From positions 30,082 to 94,081 of the forward strand of contig DLPX01000033.1 of NCBI GenBank assembly GCA_002477475.1: a stretch of 64,000 bases of DNA, written 5' to 3'. Made by a program: the position numbers and the translations under genes. How positions within the stretch are numbered: the first letter of the stretch is position 1; every line of letters begins with the position of its first letter. This DNA comes from Proteobacteria bacterium UBA7447. Lineage in GTDB: Bacteria > Pseudomonadota > Gammaproteobacteria > Arenicellales > UBA868. Shown here one piece after another: positions 20,690-28,837 of this stretch. The notes beneath the pieces were generated by a model. It had not been told where the DNA came from. It saw nothing but the letters and a program-made list of their open reading frames with translations, and did not search any database.

Positions 20690-21736
20690 CTAACCGAATC
20701 GGTCGTATCGGATATCCGTGACGGGAAGCCCTGCCCCAAGCAGTAATGCCAACGACCCGGTCAACATGGCTGGCGGCCCACCCAGAAACGCCAGACGGTT
20801 CTCGAACATGCCGTCACCCAAACGCTCGGCAACCTCGTGAACAAAGCCCTGGTGCAGAGGTAAATCCCCGACAGCGTCTGTCGCTTCTGAACCTTCTTCC
20901 GAGACGGCCAGATGGATAGACACGTTATCAGGAGCACTTTCTTTTATCCGCCTTAGCTCATCAAGAAAGAAAAAATCCTCACGCCGACGCACCCCAAACA
21001 CCATGAACAAACGGTGGCTCTCGAAGTGATTGACCGATACTGCCCGATCAAGTACCGACATGATTCCGGCAATACCGGATCCGCCCGCCAGGCAAACCAG
21101 ATCGCGTGATTCTTTCGGGTCGCTGGGGTCAAATGTGGCAAGGCCCATTGGCCCAAAAATATCCACCTTGGCTTCTGAGACGCTGTTCCCGAATATCTCG
21201 TCAGAAAATCTTCCGTTCGGGATTCGCTTGATCACGAAATTAAGCGTCTGGGCTTCGCGCTGAAAATCAGTCATAGAATACGGTCGATAGCCCTGCATCC
21301 CTTCCAGCCGCACCAAGAAATACTGTCCCGCAATATAGTCAGCCTGTCCTTGGAGTGACAGTTGAAACGTTGCTACGTCGGGTGCGACAACTGCTACATC
21401 GTGCAGGCGAGCACGGCAGTGAGCCGGTGTATCCGCAAGCGTCTGCTCAAGATCTATTTTCCCTGGAACCAGAATCTCGCAGTCATCAGTTACCAGACTC
21501 TGACATAGCAGACACTCGCCCTTATCACGCTTGAGAATCTGAGCGCCGGGCGCCTCAGCCCATGCGCTTTCAACCGTGCCCGGCCGGGCTCGCGCCACAC
21601 AGGTTGAACAGACGCCTGCGCCGCACCCGTACGGCAAAGGGACGCCCTGACGCAGTCCCGCTTGTAACAGGGTTTCCCCCTGCTGGCAGTCAACCGCTAC
21701 GCGGCCCTGCTTATTCAGGAATGTCACCGTAGGCAA
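20690..21736 (-). CDS. msmD: Methanesulfonate monooxygenase reductase (2Fe-2S/FAD/NADH)
   Basis: CGAGVCSTC...C, RPYS, GGSGIAG, GPPAM; fourth gene of the msm operon. Confidence 0.85.
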   Translation of the reverse strand: MPTVTFLNKQGRVAVDCQQGETLLQAGLRQGVPLPYGCGAGVCSTCVARARPGTVESAWAEAPGAQILKRDKGECLLCQSLVTDDCEILVPGKIDLEQTLADTPAHCRARLHDVAVVAPDVATFQLSLQGQADYIAGQYFLVRLEGMQGYRPYSMTDFQREAQTLNFVIKRIPNGRFSDEIFGNSVSEAKVDIFGPMGLATFDPSDPKESRDLVCLAGGSGIAGIMSVLDRAVSVNHFESHRLFMVFGVRRREDFFFLDELRRIKESAPDNVSIHLAVSEEGSEATDAVGDLPLHQGFVHEVAERLGDGMFENRLAFLGGPPAMLTGSLALLLGAGLPVTDIRYDRFG

Positions 21737-21790
21737 GAGTGAGTCCTATTCAAGTGATCAAGTGAAAATGCCGACAACCTATAACCACTT

Positions 21791-22168
21791 CTACCACTCG
21801 AAGTCATCGTCATCTTCTTCGTCAAACTCGTACACCAATTCCTGATCAACTTTCGCCCATACGTCTCCGTCCCGGATCTCGGATTCGTAGAACACTAACG
21901 GCCGCTCAGCTGGACCCTGCTCTTCACCCGTCAACAGGTTCCACTGCCACAAGTGTTTTGAGCAAGTGAGTGTTCCACCACGACAGATTCCAGACTCATG
22001 CAGCGGTTCTGCCATGTGCGGACAAAAGGGAGGAATAACCCGGAACTCGGCTCCGACTCTTGCAACCACCACGGCGAACTGCCCAGTCTCAAAGCGCTTC
22101 AGCTCCCCATCAATAATGTCGGTTGCCGAACAGATCTGCTGCCAGGCAGTGTCAGTCGCATCACTCAT
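21791..22168 (-). CDS. msmC: Methanesulfonate monooxygenase Rieske ferredoxin
   Basis: CPH...CSKH Rieske motif, acidic C-terminal tail; operon position. Confidence 0.87.
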   Translation of the reverse strand: MSDATDTAWQQICSATDIIDGELKRFETGQFAVVVARVGAEFRVIPPFCPHMAEPLHESGICRGGTLTCSKHLWQWNLLTGEEQGPAERPLVFYESEIRDGDVWAKVDQELVYEFDEEDDDDFEW

Positions 22169-22276
22169 CTTTCATTTTCTGGCTTCTGGCGCGTGGCCAT
22201 TATTGAGGTAAGGCAGATTCTCAACCGACGGACGAACCGCCGATCGGTCGCGTCACGAGAAAGGTCTTTGAGGAAA

Positions 22277-22768
22277 TCAGATCGGCCAGTGCGATCCCTT
22301 ATCGAGTCGACGGGTATCCAATTGAACGATTCGCTCCGAAAAGAGCGGCTCGCCGGATTCAATGCGGAACTGATCCCGATACTTGCCGACCAGAAACACA
22401 TTTGATTCTCCCGCCAGCAAATGGGAGTTAATGCCGTCGAGCTCTGTTTTCATAACCGTAAATGAGGATACCGCTGACGCTGTCTGCTGGGCCTCATCGA
22501 CATCCACCGTATAGACCACGGTGTGCCGGGCAAGGGGGGAGTTATCAGAATTATGTTTGGGCAACATCTCAGTAAGCGTCACCATATCGGCGCGTTTGCC
22601 GTCAAGATACGTCATATCGACGTTGATCTCCGGACTGAATGCCCTGATCGCATAATAGAACTCGTCGTGACATAAGCCGAGCCAATCTTCCCAGCGCGCC
22701 TCGTCCAGACAGAGGCTTGCCTGATAAATCGTACCTCTAACCCGTTCTGCGATATTGTTGTCGCTCAT
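22277..22768 (-). CDS. msmB: Methanesulfonate monooxygenase hydroxylase beta subunit
   Basis: 163-aa ring-hydroxylating beta-subunit-like protein directly after the alpha subunit. Confidence 0.87.
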   Translation of the reverse strand: MSDNNIAERVRGTIYQASLCLDEARWEDWLGLCHDEFYYAIRAFSPEINVDMTYLDGKRADMVTLTEMLPKHNSDNSPLARHTVVYTVDVDEAQQTASAVSSFTVMKTELDGINSHLLAGESNVFLVGKYRDQFRIESGEPLFSERIVQLDTRRLDKGSHWPI

Positions 22769-22824
22769 TGACTTCCCTTAAGTCTCTCTTGTTTTATTTT
22801 TCAGTTTTATTTTCCGGCAGCGCT

Positions 22825-22898
22825 GGGTGAGCAGATACGAGGCGACGACTGTATTTTCCTGATCTTCAGCCGTTCGCCCCGTCTGACACTGCTCGCCC
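22825..22898. other. Intergenic stem-loop between msmA and msmB
   Basis: GGGTGAGCAG/CTGCTCGCCC, ACGAGGCGA/TCGCCCCGT, ACGACTG/CAGCCGT nested. Confidence 0.6.
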
Positions 22899-22933
22899 TG
22901 ACTCCGTGCTTTCTGCTTTATTAGGATTAGGCG

Positions 22934-24202
22934 TCAGGCCGCTTTGCGCTTTTGACCTTCTTCGTAGCTCAACTCCGGATCCCCCGGCCAGCGATCCATC
23001 CACTGACCCCATGCCTCATAAAAATGGCGCATCCCTTCTTCGTCGTGAATCGTAGGATCGCCATCTGCGTCCCGCTCGTGGCGCCCGTGAAGAATCCGGC
23101 GCTTATCCGCCCACTCGCTCATAGTTGCCTGTTGGGTGGTAACGGCCAGCAGGTCTTCATGAAGATTTCGACCGAACGGACCCCAAATTGAGTTGTGGTG
23201 CCGCTGACGCGTCAAGCGCTCTTCCGGTGTATCCCTCTTGAGTCCCAGCCCTCGGAACTCAATCATCACCTTGTCGGGACCCAGCGGCGTCATGATGTCG
23301 CAACGCAGTGCTGATCCTCGGAGGTTGAAATTCACCCCAGGAAAAAAGTCGATCATTTCCCAATGGTTGGTCGGCAAATGCGGGAACGACAACTCTTCCC
23401 TGGACTCAAAGCCCTCATACTCATCGTACTGAACTTCAAACGAGCCGACATTCACATGGCCGTTATCAAAGCCAATGTTCTTGCGGGCAAAATAGGAATC
23501 ATTAAATCCTGTGACACGATTATGGTAGTGCAGGTAGTCGTGATAGAACTCAGAGTTGGTGTCATGCCAAAGTTTGTAGTTACAGGGAATGATGGCCTTG
23601 TGATAGTGAAATACTTCGAGCGGTTCCGCATCGAGAGATTTCTGCATACAGTCAAACGCGCCACCGGCCCACTCTTCGACCGTCTGGCCAATACCGTCAT
23701 TCAGGGTGACCCAGACAAACCCGCCGTATTTCACTTCACAGCGAAGTCGGCGCAGGCCCACATCCTTGCACTCGAGACGATCCTGGTAACCCTCGGTTGC
23801 CCGAGAAATATGCGCACAATTCCCTTTCATATCGAACTGCCACGCGTGGAACATGCAGGTAATGTGCTTGGGCGCTCCGGAGGGTGATGCTTCCTCAAAA
23901 GATCCTGACGGCCGATTTTCGAGCATGTTGCCCCGGTGTGGGCAGACGTTCAAAAAGGCTCGGATCTGGTTATCCGCGCCACGGACGACAAGAACGGGCT
24001 CTCGAGCAACGGTCATTGTGCGGAAGGAATAAGGATCTGGAAGTTCCGACTCATGACAGACAGGCGTCCATACCTTGCTGAAGATCTTTGTGATTTCTTC
24101 CTCGAAAATATCGCGATCCGAATAAATCCGGCTATCGACGTATTCTCCTGAGGAGAGTTTTCCGGGAACCTTTTCCCACTGTTTGGCGTTTCTGGCTGGC
24201 AT
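22934..24202 (-). CDS. msmA: Methanesulfonate monooxygenase hydroxylase alpha subunit
   Basis: Rieske motif CPH-x26-CMFH (26-residue spacer counted; characteristic of MsmA); mononuclear Fe motif EFYHDYLH...HED. Confidence 0.95.
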   Translation of the reverse strand: MPARNAKQWEKVPGKLSSGEYVDSRIYSDRDIFEEEITKIFSKVWTPVCHESELPDPYSFRTMTVAREPVLVVRGADNQIRAFLNVCPHRGNMLENRPSGSFEEASPSGAPKHITCMFHAWQFDMKGNCAHISRATEGYQDRLECKDVGLRRLRCEVKYGGFVWVTLNDGIGQTVEEWAGGAFDCMQKSLDAEPLEVFHYHKAIIPCNYKLWHDTNSEFYHDYLHYHNRVTGFNDSYFARKNIGFDNGHVNVGSFEVQYDEYEGFESREELSFPHLPTNHWEMIDFFPGVNFNLRGSALRCDIMTPLGPDKVMIEFRGLGLKRDTPEERLTRQRHHNSIWGPFGRNLHEDLLAVTTQQATMSEWADKRRILHGRHERDADGDPTIHDEEGMRHFYEAWGQWMDRWPGDPELSYEEGQKRKAA

Positions 24203-24373
24203 AGTGTCGCTCCTTTGCGCTTTTCCTAGGCGCTTTTTCTAGCGGTGGCTGGCATGCGCCTCATGCCGGCTCCATACTGCATCTCTTAAGTTAGTGTTGA
24301 ACAAAGTTTGACTTATTGAGTGTGATTAAACGGTCACGAATTTGATTTGTAAAATCATTCAGATCAATAATTT

Positions 24374-24389
24374 AATAGGCAGAAGAAAT
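24374..24389. promoter_or_regulatory. Putative regulator-binding site upstream of msmA
   Basis: AATAGGCAGAAGAAAT; 14/16 identical to the reverse complement of 37494-37509 upstream of msmE; contains T-N11-A. Confidence 0.5.
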
Positions 24390-24509
24390 CAATTTTTTAT
24401 TCTAAAAAAGAGGGCTCAGATCCGGTTTTTCATGATTTTTAGGCTATTTTTACTATATCTGCTGCATCGAACAGCTTCCCCGGCCCTGACCCTGTCAGCC
24501 AAGAAGCCA

Positions 24510-24541
24510 CCACGGCTGGGACTTTCGCCGCCCAGCCGTGG
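24510..24541 (-). terminator. Hairpin downstream of the panB-like gene (probable terminator)
   Basis: Perfect 11-bp stem CCACGGCTGGG/CCCAGCCGTGG, 10-nt loop; weak U-tract. Confidence 0.55.
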
Positions 24542-24582
24542 CTCTTGCGGTCAGATCGCTATCTCGCTTTTTACCTCGCCTT

Positions 24583-25578
24583 TTAACTCACCTTCTTGGC
24601 GGTCTTTTTGGCGGCCGACTTTTTTGCCTTTTTCTTTGCCGGCAATGAGGTTTTCTTCGCGGTGTTTTTCTTCCCTTGCTTGCTTGCCTTGGCGTCGAGC
24701 TGCTCGAGCTTAGCGTCCCATTTCATTTTCTTGGCAAACTTCAGCGCCTCTTCGTCGCTCATAAAGACGGTGTGTTCTGGTCCGGGATAAATCTGAGCCT
24801 TCACCTCGTCACGGTAACGGGTGAACACATCTTCCATAATGGGAATCAGATCGGTATAGACCTTGGAGTGACGGGGAGTGTGCTCCTCGTAAAGGTGCAT
24901 GAGATCGGACGTAATAATGTGCACACCGTGAGCGCCTAAACCCGCGCCCAGGCTGATCACGGGGACCGGCAACACCTGTGCCAGATACTCGTTTACTTCC
25001 TGCGTGGTGACTTCACACATGAGTGAGAAGCATCCAGCGTCTACCATCGCCCAGGCATCATCAACCAGCTCGGCCGCGCGGTCTGCTGTCTTCCCTTGCG
25101 CAAAAAAACCGCCCAACTGGGGCATGCGCATCGGCGTAATGCCGATATGTCCCTGCACAGGGATCCCGGCCCGGTTAATAGCCTCAATGTTGCGGGCGTG
25201 ATACTGGTTACCTTCGCATTTCATTACTTCAGCATTGGCCTCGTGCACAAAGCGGCCTGCATTCTCAACCGCCTGCTCTGGTGAAACATGAAAGCTCCAA
25301 TAGGGCATATCCACCATCCGCAGACCATAGTTACTGCCGCGATCAATCGCCTTGGACATCATCATGACTTCATCAAAAGTGACCGTCACGGTGCTCTTGT
25401 GTCCAAACAGAATCATCCCGCCGGTATCCGACACGCAAAGGATGTCGATCCCCAGCCTGTCCGCAATGACCGCACTGCGGTAGTCATAAATTGCCATCTG
25501 CACGATCTGCTCACCTTCGCGTGCCTTGCGGCGAAGTTGATTGATCGTGACCTTCCTCCGGGGCTTCTCTTCAGCCAT
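24583..25578 (-). CDS. panB: Divergent PanB-like 2-oxoacid hydroxymethyltransferase with Lys/Ala-rich C-terminal tail
   Basis: YDY, VSDTGGM (vs VGDSLGM), VDMPY, KCEG, GHIGITP, QGK, CEV, GAG; tail KKTSLPAKKKAKKSAAKKTAKKVS; likely a paralog rather than housekeeping PanB. Confidence 0.8.
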   Translation of the reverse strand: MAEEKPRRKVTINQLRRKAREGEQIVQMAIYDYRSAVIADRLGIDILCVSDTGGMILFGHKSTVTVTFDEVMMMSKAIDRGSNYGLRMVDMPYWSFHVSPEQAVENAGRFVHEANAEVMKCEGNQYHARNIEAINRAGIPVQGHIGITPMRMPQLGGFFAQGKTADRAAELVDDAWAMVDAGCFSLMCEVTTQEVNEYLAQVLPVPVISLGAGLGAHGVHIITSDLMHLYEEHTPRHSKVYTDLIPIMEDVFTRYRDEVKAQIYPGPEHTVFMSDEEALKFAKKMKWDAKLEQLDAKASKQGKKNTAKKTSLPAKKKAKKSAAKKTAKKVS

Positions 25579-25611
25579 GAATTCTCTCCTTGTGGTTTCT
25601 CAGTTTACGTC

Positions 25612-25658
25612 TCTGTTGGCAACAGGCTGACACTTAAATCAGCGGACTGTTCAACAGA
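25612..25658 (-). promoter_or_regulatory. 5'-leader hairpin of the panB-like gene
   Basis: mRNA strand TCTGTTG-AACAG-TCC-GCTGA-loop-TCAGC-CTGTT-GC-CAACAGA (17 bp), ending about 33 nt before the ATG. Confidence 0.5.
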
Positions 25659-25799
25659 TCACGGGGAAATTAGTTACTCAGTCATAGTAGACATGGGGTC
25701 ATCACATCCGTCAAAAGCATTGCCTTATCGTCCGATAGGAATCGGCTTGTGGGGCAAAGGCAGGGATAAAGCAGCCGGGCGTTGTCAACTTCAGTAGCA

Positions 25800-26840
25800 T
25801 CAGGCCGAAGACATCGGGTTCAGTTGTGGATCCCACCCGCCCAAGACGGACTTTTTTTCAGGGTCAAAAAAGGGTCTTGGCCGGAGTGTGATGTCCTCAA
25901 AACAGCCCAGCGGGTCGACCAGAGATACCATTGTTTCAATCGGTCCAGGGACAACGTAGCCTAATCCCAAAACGGACCCTGCCAGGGCGCTGAAACACGC
26001 AGAGGTCGCCAGCAGTTCGCCCTGTCTAAGGTTTACCGTTGCGTCGGGTGGTCTCTGCCACAAAACCGGTTTTTGCTTCGCCGTTGCGGAAAAGCACACG
26101 AGTGACATCGAATCTCCGGGGCCTTCAACAGTGCTATCAACAAAATGGCTCATTCCCAGTTCTTTTGCCGTCGCCCCTACTGAAAATTCGTTGCAAAAAA
26201 GTGAAAACCCCGCTTCGATTCTCAGTACATCTGCTGTCGCAAATCCGGCGACCTCAATAGTTTGGGACAACGCCTCCCAAAGATGCTGACCGTCATCGAC
26301 ATGCACCACCAACTCGAAGCCGCGCTCTCCCGTGTAACCCAACCTGCCGATGCGGGCCGGCACACCATGAATGTTGACGTCGCAAAACGAGAAGTAACCG
26401 AGTCGCTCAAGACTGCGCTCGTCGCAAGCGGGCAATATCCGGGCCAGCGACAGTGGGCCCTGAACGGCGAATATCGCGGTACAAGCCGAGATGTCTTCCA
26501 CCCTTGCTCGGTAAGTCGACTGGGCCGCGAGACTTTTCACATCAGCCGCTTCTCCGGTCATGACCTCGAAAACCTGATCGTCGACCTTCCAAACAGTCAA
26601 GTCACTGCGCACACGATGTTCTGGATCTGCATGAACACAGTAGCGGATCCCACCCACTGACATATTTGAGAGATCCCGCTGAACATAGTCACTGATCAAA
26701 GCCGCTGAACCGGCGCCACTGGCCCGAACAACCGACATAAATGAAAAATCAAACAAGGCAACGCCCTGTCGGCATCGCTCTGCCTCGCGTTCCGGGCACA
26801 CTGCCTGGCGACGCCACGTTTCAAGAGTGAAACCCGTCAT
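25800..26840 (-). CDS. Stand-alone aminomethyltransferase (GcvT-like, folate-binding)
   Basis: CRQGVALFDFS, AVQGP, RLGYTGERGFEL, LRIEAG, PFFDP; overlaps the tauE stop (ATGA). Confidence 0.85.
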   Translation of the reverse strand: MTGFTLETWRRQAVCPEREAERCRQGVALFDFSFMSVVRASGAGSAALISDYVQRDLSNMSVGGIRYCVHADPEHRVRSDLTVWKVDDQVFEVMTGEAADVKSLAAQSTYRARVEDISACTAIFAVQGPLSLARILPACDERSLERLGYFSFCDVNIHGVPARIGRLGYTGERGFELVVHVDDGQHLWEALSQTIEVAGFATADVLRIEAGFSLFCNEFSVGATAKELGMSHFVDSTVEGPGDSMSLVCFSATAKQKPVLWQRPPDATVNLRQGELLATSACFSALAGSVLGLGYVVPGPIETMVSLVDPLGCFEDITLRPRPFFDPEKKSVLGGWDPQLNPMSSA

Positions 26841-27601
26841 GCCTGCAAAAAAACGACGCTCGCCACACGTACCAGCATGGCGCCGCCTGTGACAAGTAGC
26901 GCCACAGCGATGATGCGTTTGAGCGTGTCGCGAGATACCTGATGCGCCACACGCGCGCCCATCACAACCCCGAAAACCAGGATTACTGACAGGCCCAGTC
27001 CAAGAGCAAAGTCCACATGACCGAACGTGAGGTTCCCACCGGTTGCGAGAATCGCGATCGGAATCTGAATGATCTGGCTAAGCCCTACCGCCATTAACGC
27101 CGGCACCTTCAGCCACATCAGCAGCGGCACCAGTACGAGAGGCCCGCCTGTGCCGGTAATCGCGGAGGCAAAACCGACGAACAGTCCAATACCCATCAAC
27201 ACGGGCGCCTTGAGGTCACGTCGCTCAGCATCCTCCTGTCGTGTCGGTCTCAACGCCTGAAGCCCCGATATGAATACCAGAAAGCCAATCACCGTCTCAA
27301 GCGTAATGCCGGGTGTCGACCATGCTGTCATGGCGCCGAGGTACCCGCCAGGCATTCCCCCCAGGCATAGCCAGACGCCTTTACTCCAGTTTACCGAGCC
27401 GCGGCGCGCATACTCAAAAGCGCCAACGATGCCGGTAAACAGGTAGGAGAACATCGCGGTGGCGATTGCCACATGAATGCTGATGCCGAGCACGTAAGTC
27501 AGCATCGGCACAAGGAGCACGCCGCCAATGCCAATCGCACCGATCAGCACCCCAACCACTACCGCTACTCCCCCTGCAAATAAAAGCATCCCCATAGTCA
27601 C
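26837..27601 (-). CDS. Sulfite exporter TauE/SafE family
   Basis: GIGGVLLVP and GTGGPLVLVP repeats, about 8 hydrophobic segments. Confidence 0.9.
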   Translation of the reverse strand: MTMGMLLFAGGVAVVVGVLIGAIGIGGVLLVPMLTYVLGISIHVAIATAMFSYLFTGIVGAFEYARRGSVNWSKGVWLCLGGMPGGYLGAMTAWSTPGITLETVIGFLVFISGLQALRPTRQEDAERRDLKAPVLMGIGLFVGFASAITGTGGPLVLVPLLMWLKVPALMAVGLSQIIQIPIAILATGGNLTFGHVDFALGLGLSVILVFGVVMGARVAHQVSRDTLKRIIAVALLVTGGAMLVRVASVVFLQA

Positions 27602-27772
27602 GACCTACTGGCTCCTCCCAAAACACCTGCTTGATACTCGCCCCATCTTGAAGACTTCCAAATAAAGCGACAAGTCGTTGGCCCGTATTTTTTGCCGAGT
27701 CTGCCCACTCAAGAAAGCGATTTCGAGGAAAAATCCACAAGAAATACGTGGTTGCCAAGCCAAATTAAGATA

Positions 27773-27786
27773 GGTAAATATTTACC
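27773..27786. promoter_or_regulatory. Perfect 14-bp palindrome in the tauE/lysR divergent promoter
   Basis: GGTAAATATTTACC within ATAGGTAAATATTTACCTTAT. Confidence 0.5.
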
Positions 27787-27875
27787 TTATTACAAAATTA
27801 ATTGTCTGTATCTATCAGAAGATTTGACCCGGTCCCGAATCTTCAGCTGCTCGGGACCGAGTAACGGAGGAAGTT

Positions 27876-28823
27876 ATGTTTTTAAGGCAGTTTGAATACC
27901 TGATCGCACTAGAGCAGGAAGGGCACTTCGGCCGAGCGGCTGAGCGTTGCCACGTATCCCAACCCAGCCTCTCCAGCGCTCTGCAACAACTCGAGGCAGA
28001 ACTCGACGTGCCTATTATTCTTCGTCACCAGCGCTACCAGGGCTTCACTCCCGAGGGAGAACGCGTGGTCAGTTGGGCAAAACGGCTGCTTGCGGACCGC
28101 AAGAGCATGCTGGAGGAACTCGCGATTATGCGACGTAACCTCAATGGCCGGATCCGGGTTGGGGCAATGCCAACGAGCTCTCCAGTCCTGCCGCGAATCA
28201 ATCAGCTTTTTTCAGACTTGTATCCATCAGTGGAAGTTGACATTCAATTCCTGGGCTCTGACAAACTCATCAACGAGCTCCGCAACTTCGAACTTGATGT
28301 GGGCATCACCTATCTCGAAGGCACGTCTTTAAAAAAACTGAATACGATGGCACTCTATGAAGAGCAACTCAGTCTGATGATTCCTGAGAGCATGATCCCA
28401 GCAAAACAGAAAAGTATCAGCTGGGCACAAGCCGCGGAGCTGCGTCTGGGTTTGTTATCTCCCACCATGAGAGAACGGGAGGTGATGGATGAAGCGTTTG
28501 AAAGCGTTGGTTGTAGTCCAGCTCCAAAGCTGGAATGCAATTCGATTTTCCAGCTTGCGTTTCATGTGATGCAAGGCGATATCGCCACCATTGTTCCCAA
28601 CGGCTTTAGCCGGGCCAACGACGCCTTTCCGGGAACCCGGGAAATTGAACTGACGGATCCTGTTGTCAGTAAGCCCGTCGGCCTGATTTGGGAAAAAGTG
28701 GTGCCCCCACTTCCCATGGCACAGGCTATGGCCGATCTGCTTTCAGAATTTGGAGAAGAAATCCGGGCGACTCTTGATGATTCGATAGAGCAAAAAGTCG
28801 CTCAGCGAAAGCAGGTTGCCTAA
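27876..28823 (+). CDS. LysR family transcriptional regulator (probable msm regulator)
   Basis: LRQFEYLIAL...HFGRAAERCHVSQPSLS HTH; divergent from tauE; GGAGG RBS. Confidence 0.92.
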   Translation: MFLRQFEYLIALEQEGHFGRAAERCHVSQPSLSSALQQLEAELDVPIILRHQRYQGFTPEGERVVSWAKRLLADRKSMLEELAIMRRNLNGRIRVGAMPTSSPVLPRINQLFSDLYPSVEVDIQFLGSDKLINELRNFELDVGITYLEGTSLKKLNTMALYEEQLSLMIPESMIPAKQKSISWAQAAELRLGLLSPTMREREVMDEAFESVGCSPAPKLECNSIFQLAFHVMQGDIATIVPNGFSRANDAFPGTREIELTDPVVSKPVGLIWEKVVPPLPMAQAMADLLSEFGEEIRATLDDSIEQKVAQRKQVA

Positions 28824-28837
28824 CAAACCCCCGTGGG

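Noticed and set aside
22934-24202. Aromatic ring-hydroxylating dioxygenase
   Set aside because: The 26-residue Rieske spacer, sulfonate-type importer and TauE point to MsmA; no ring-cleavage genes are nearby
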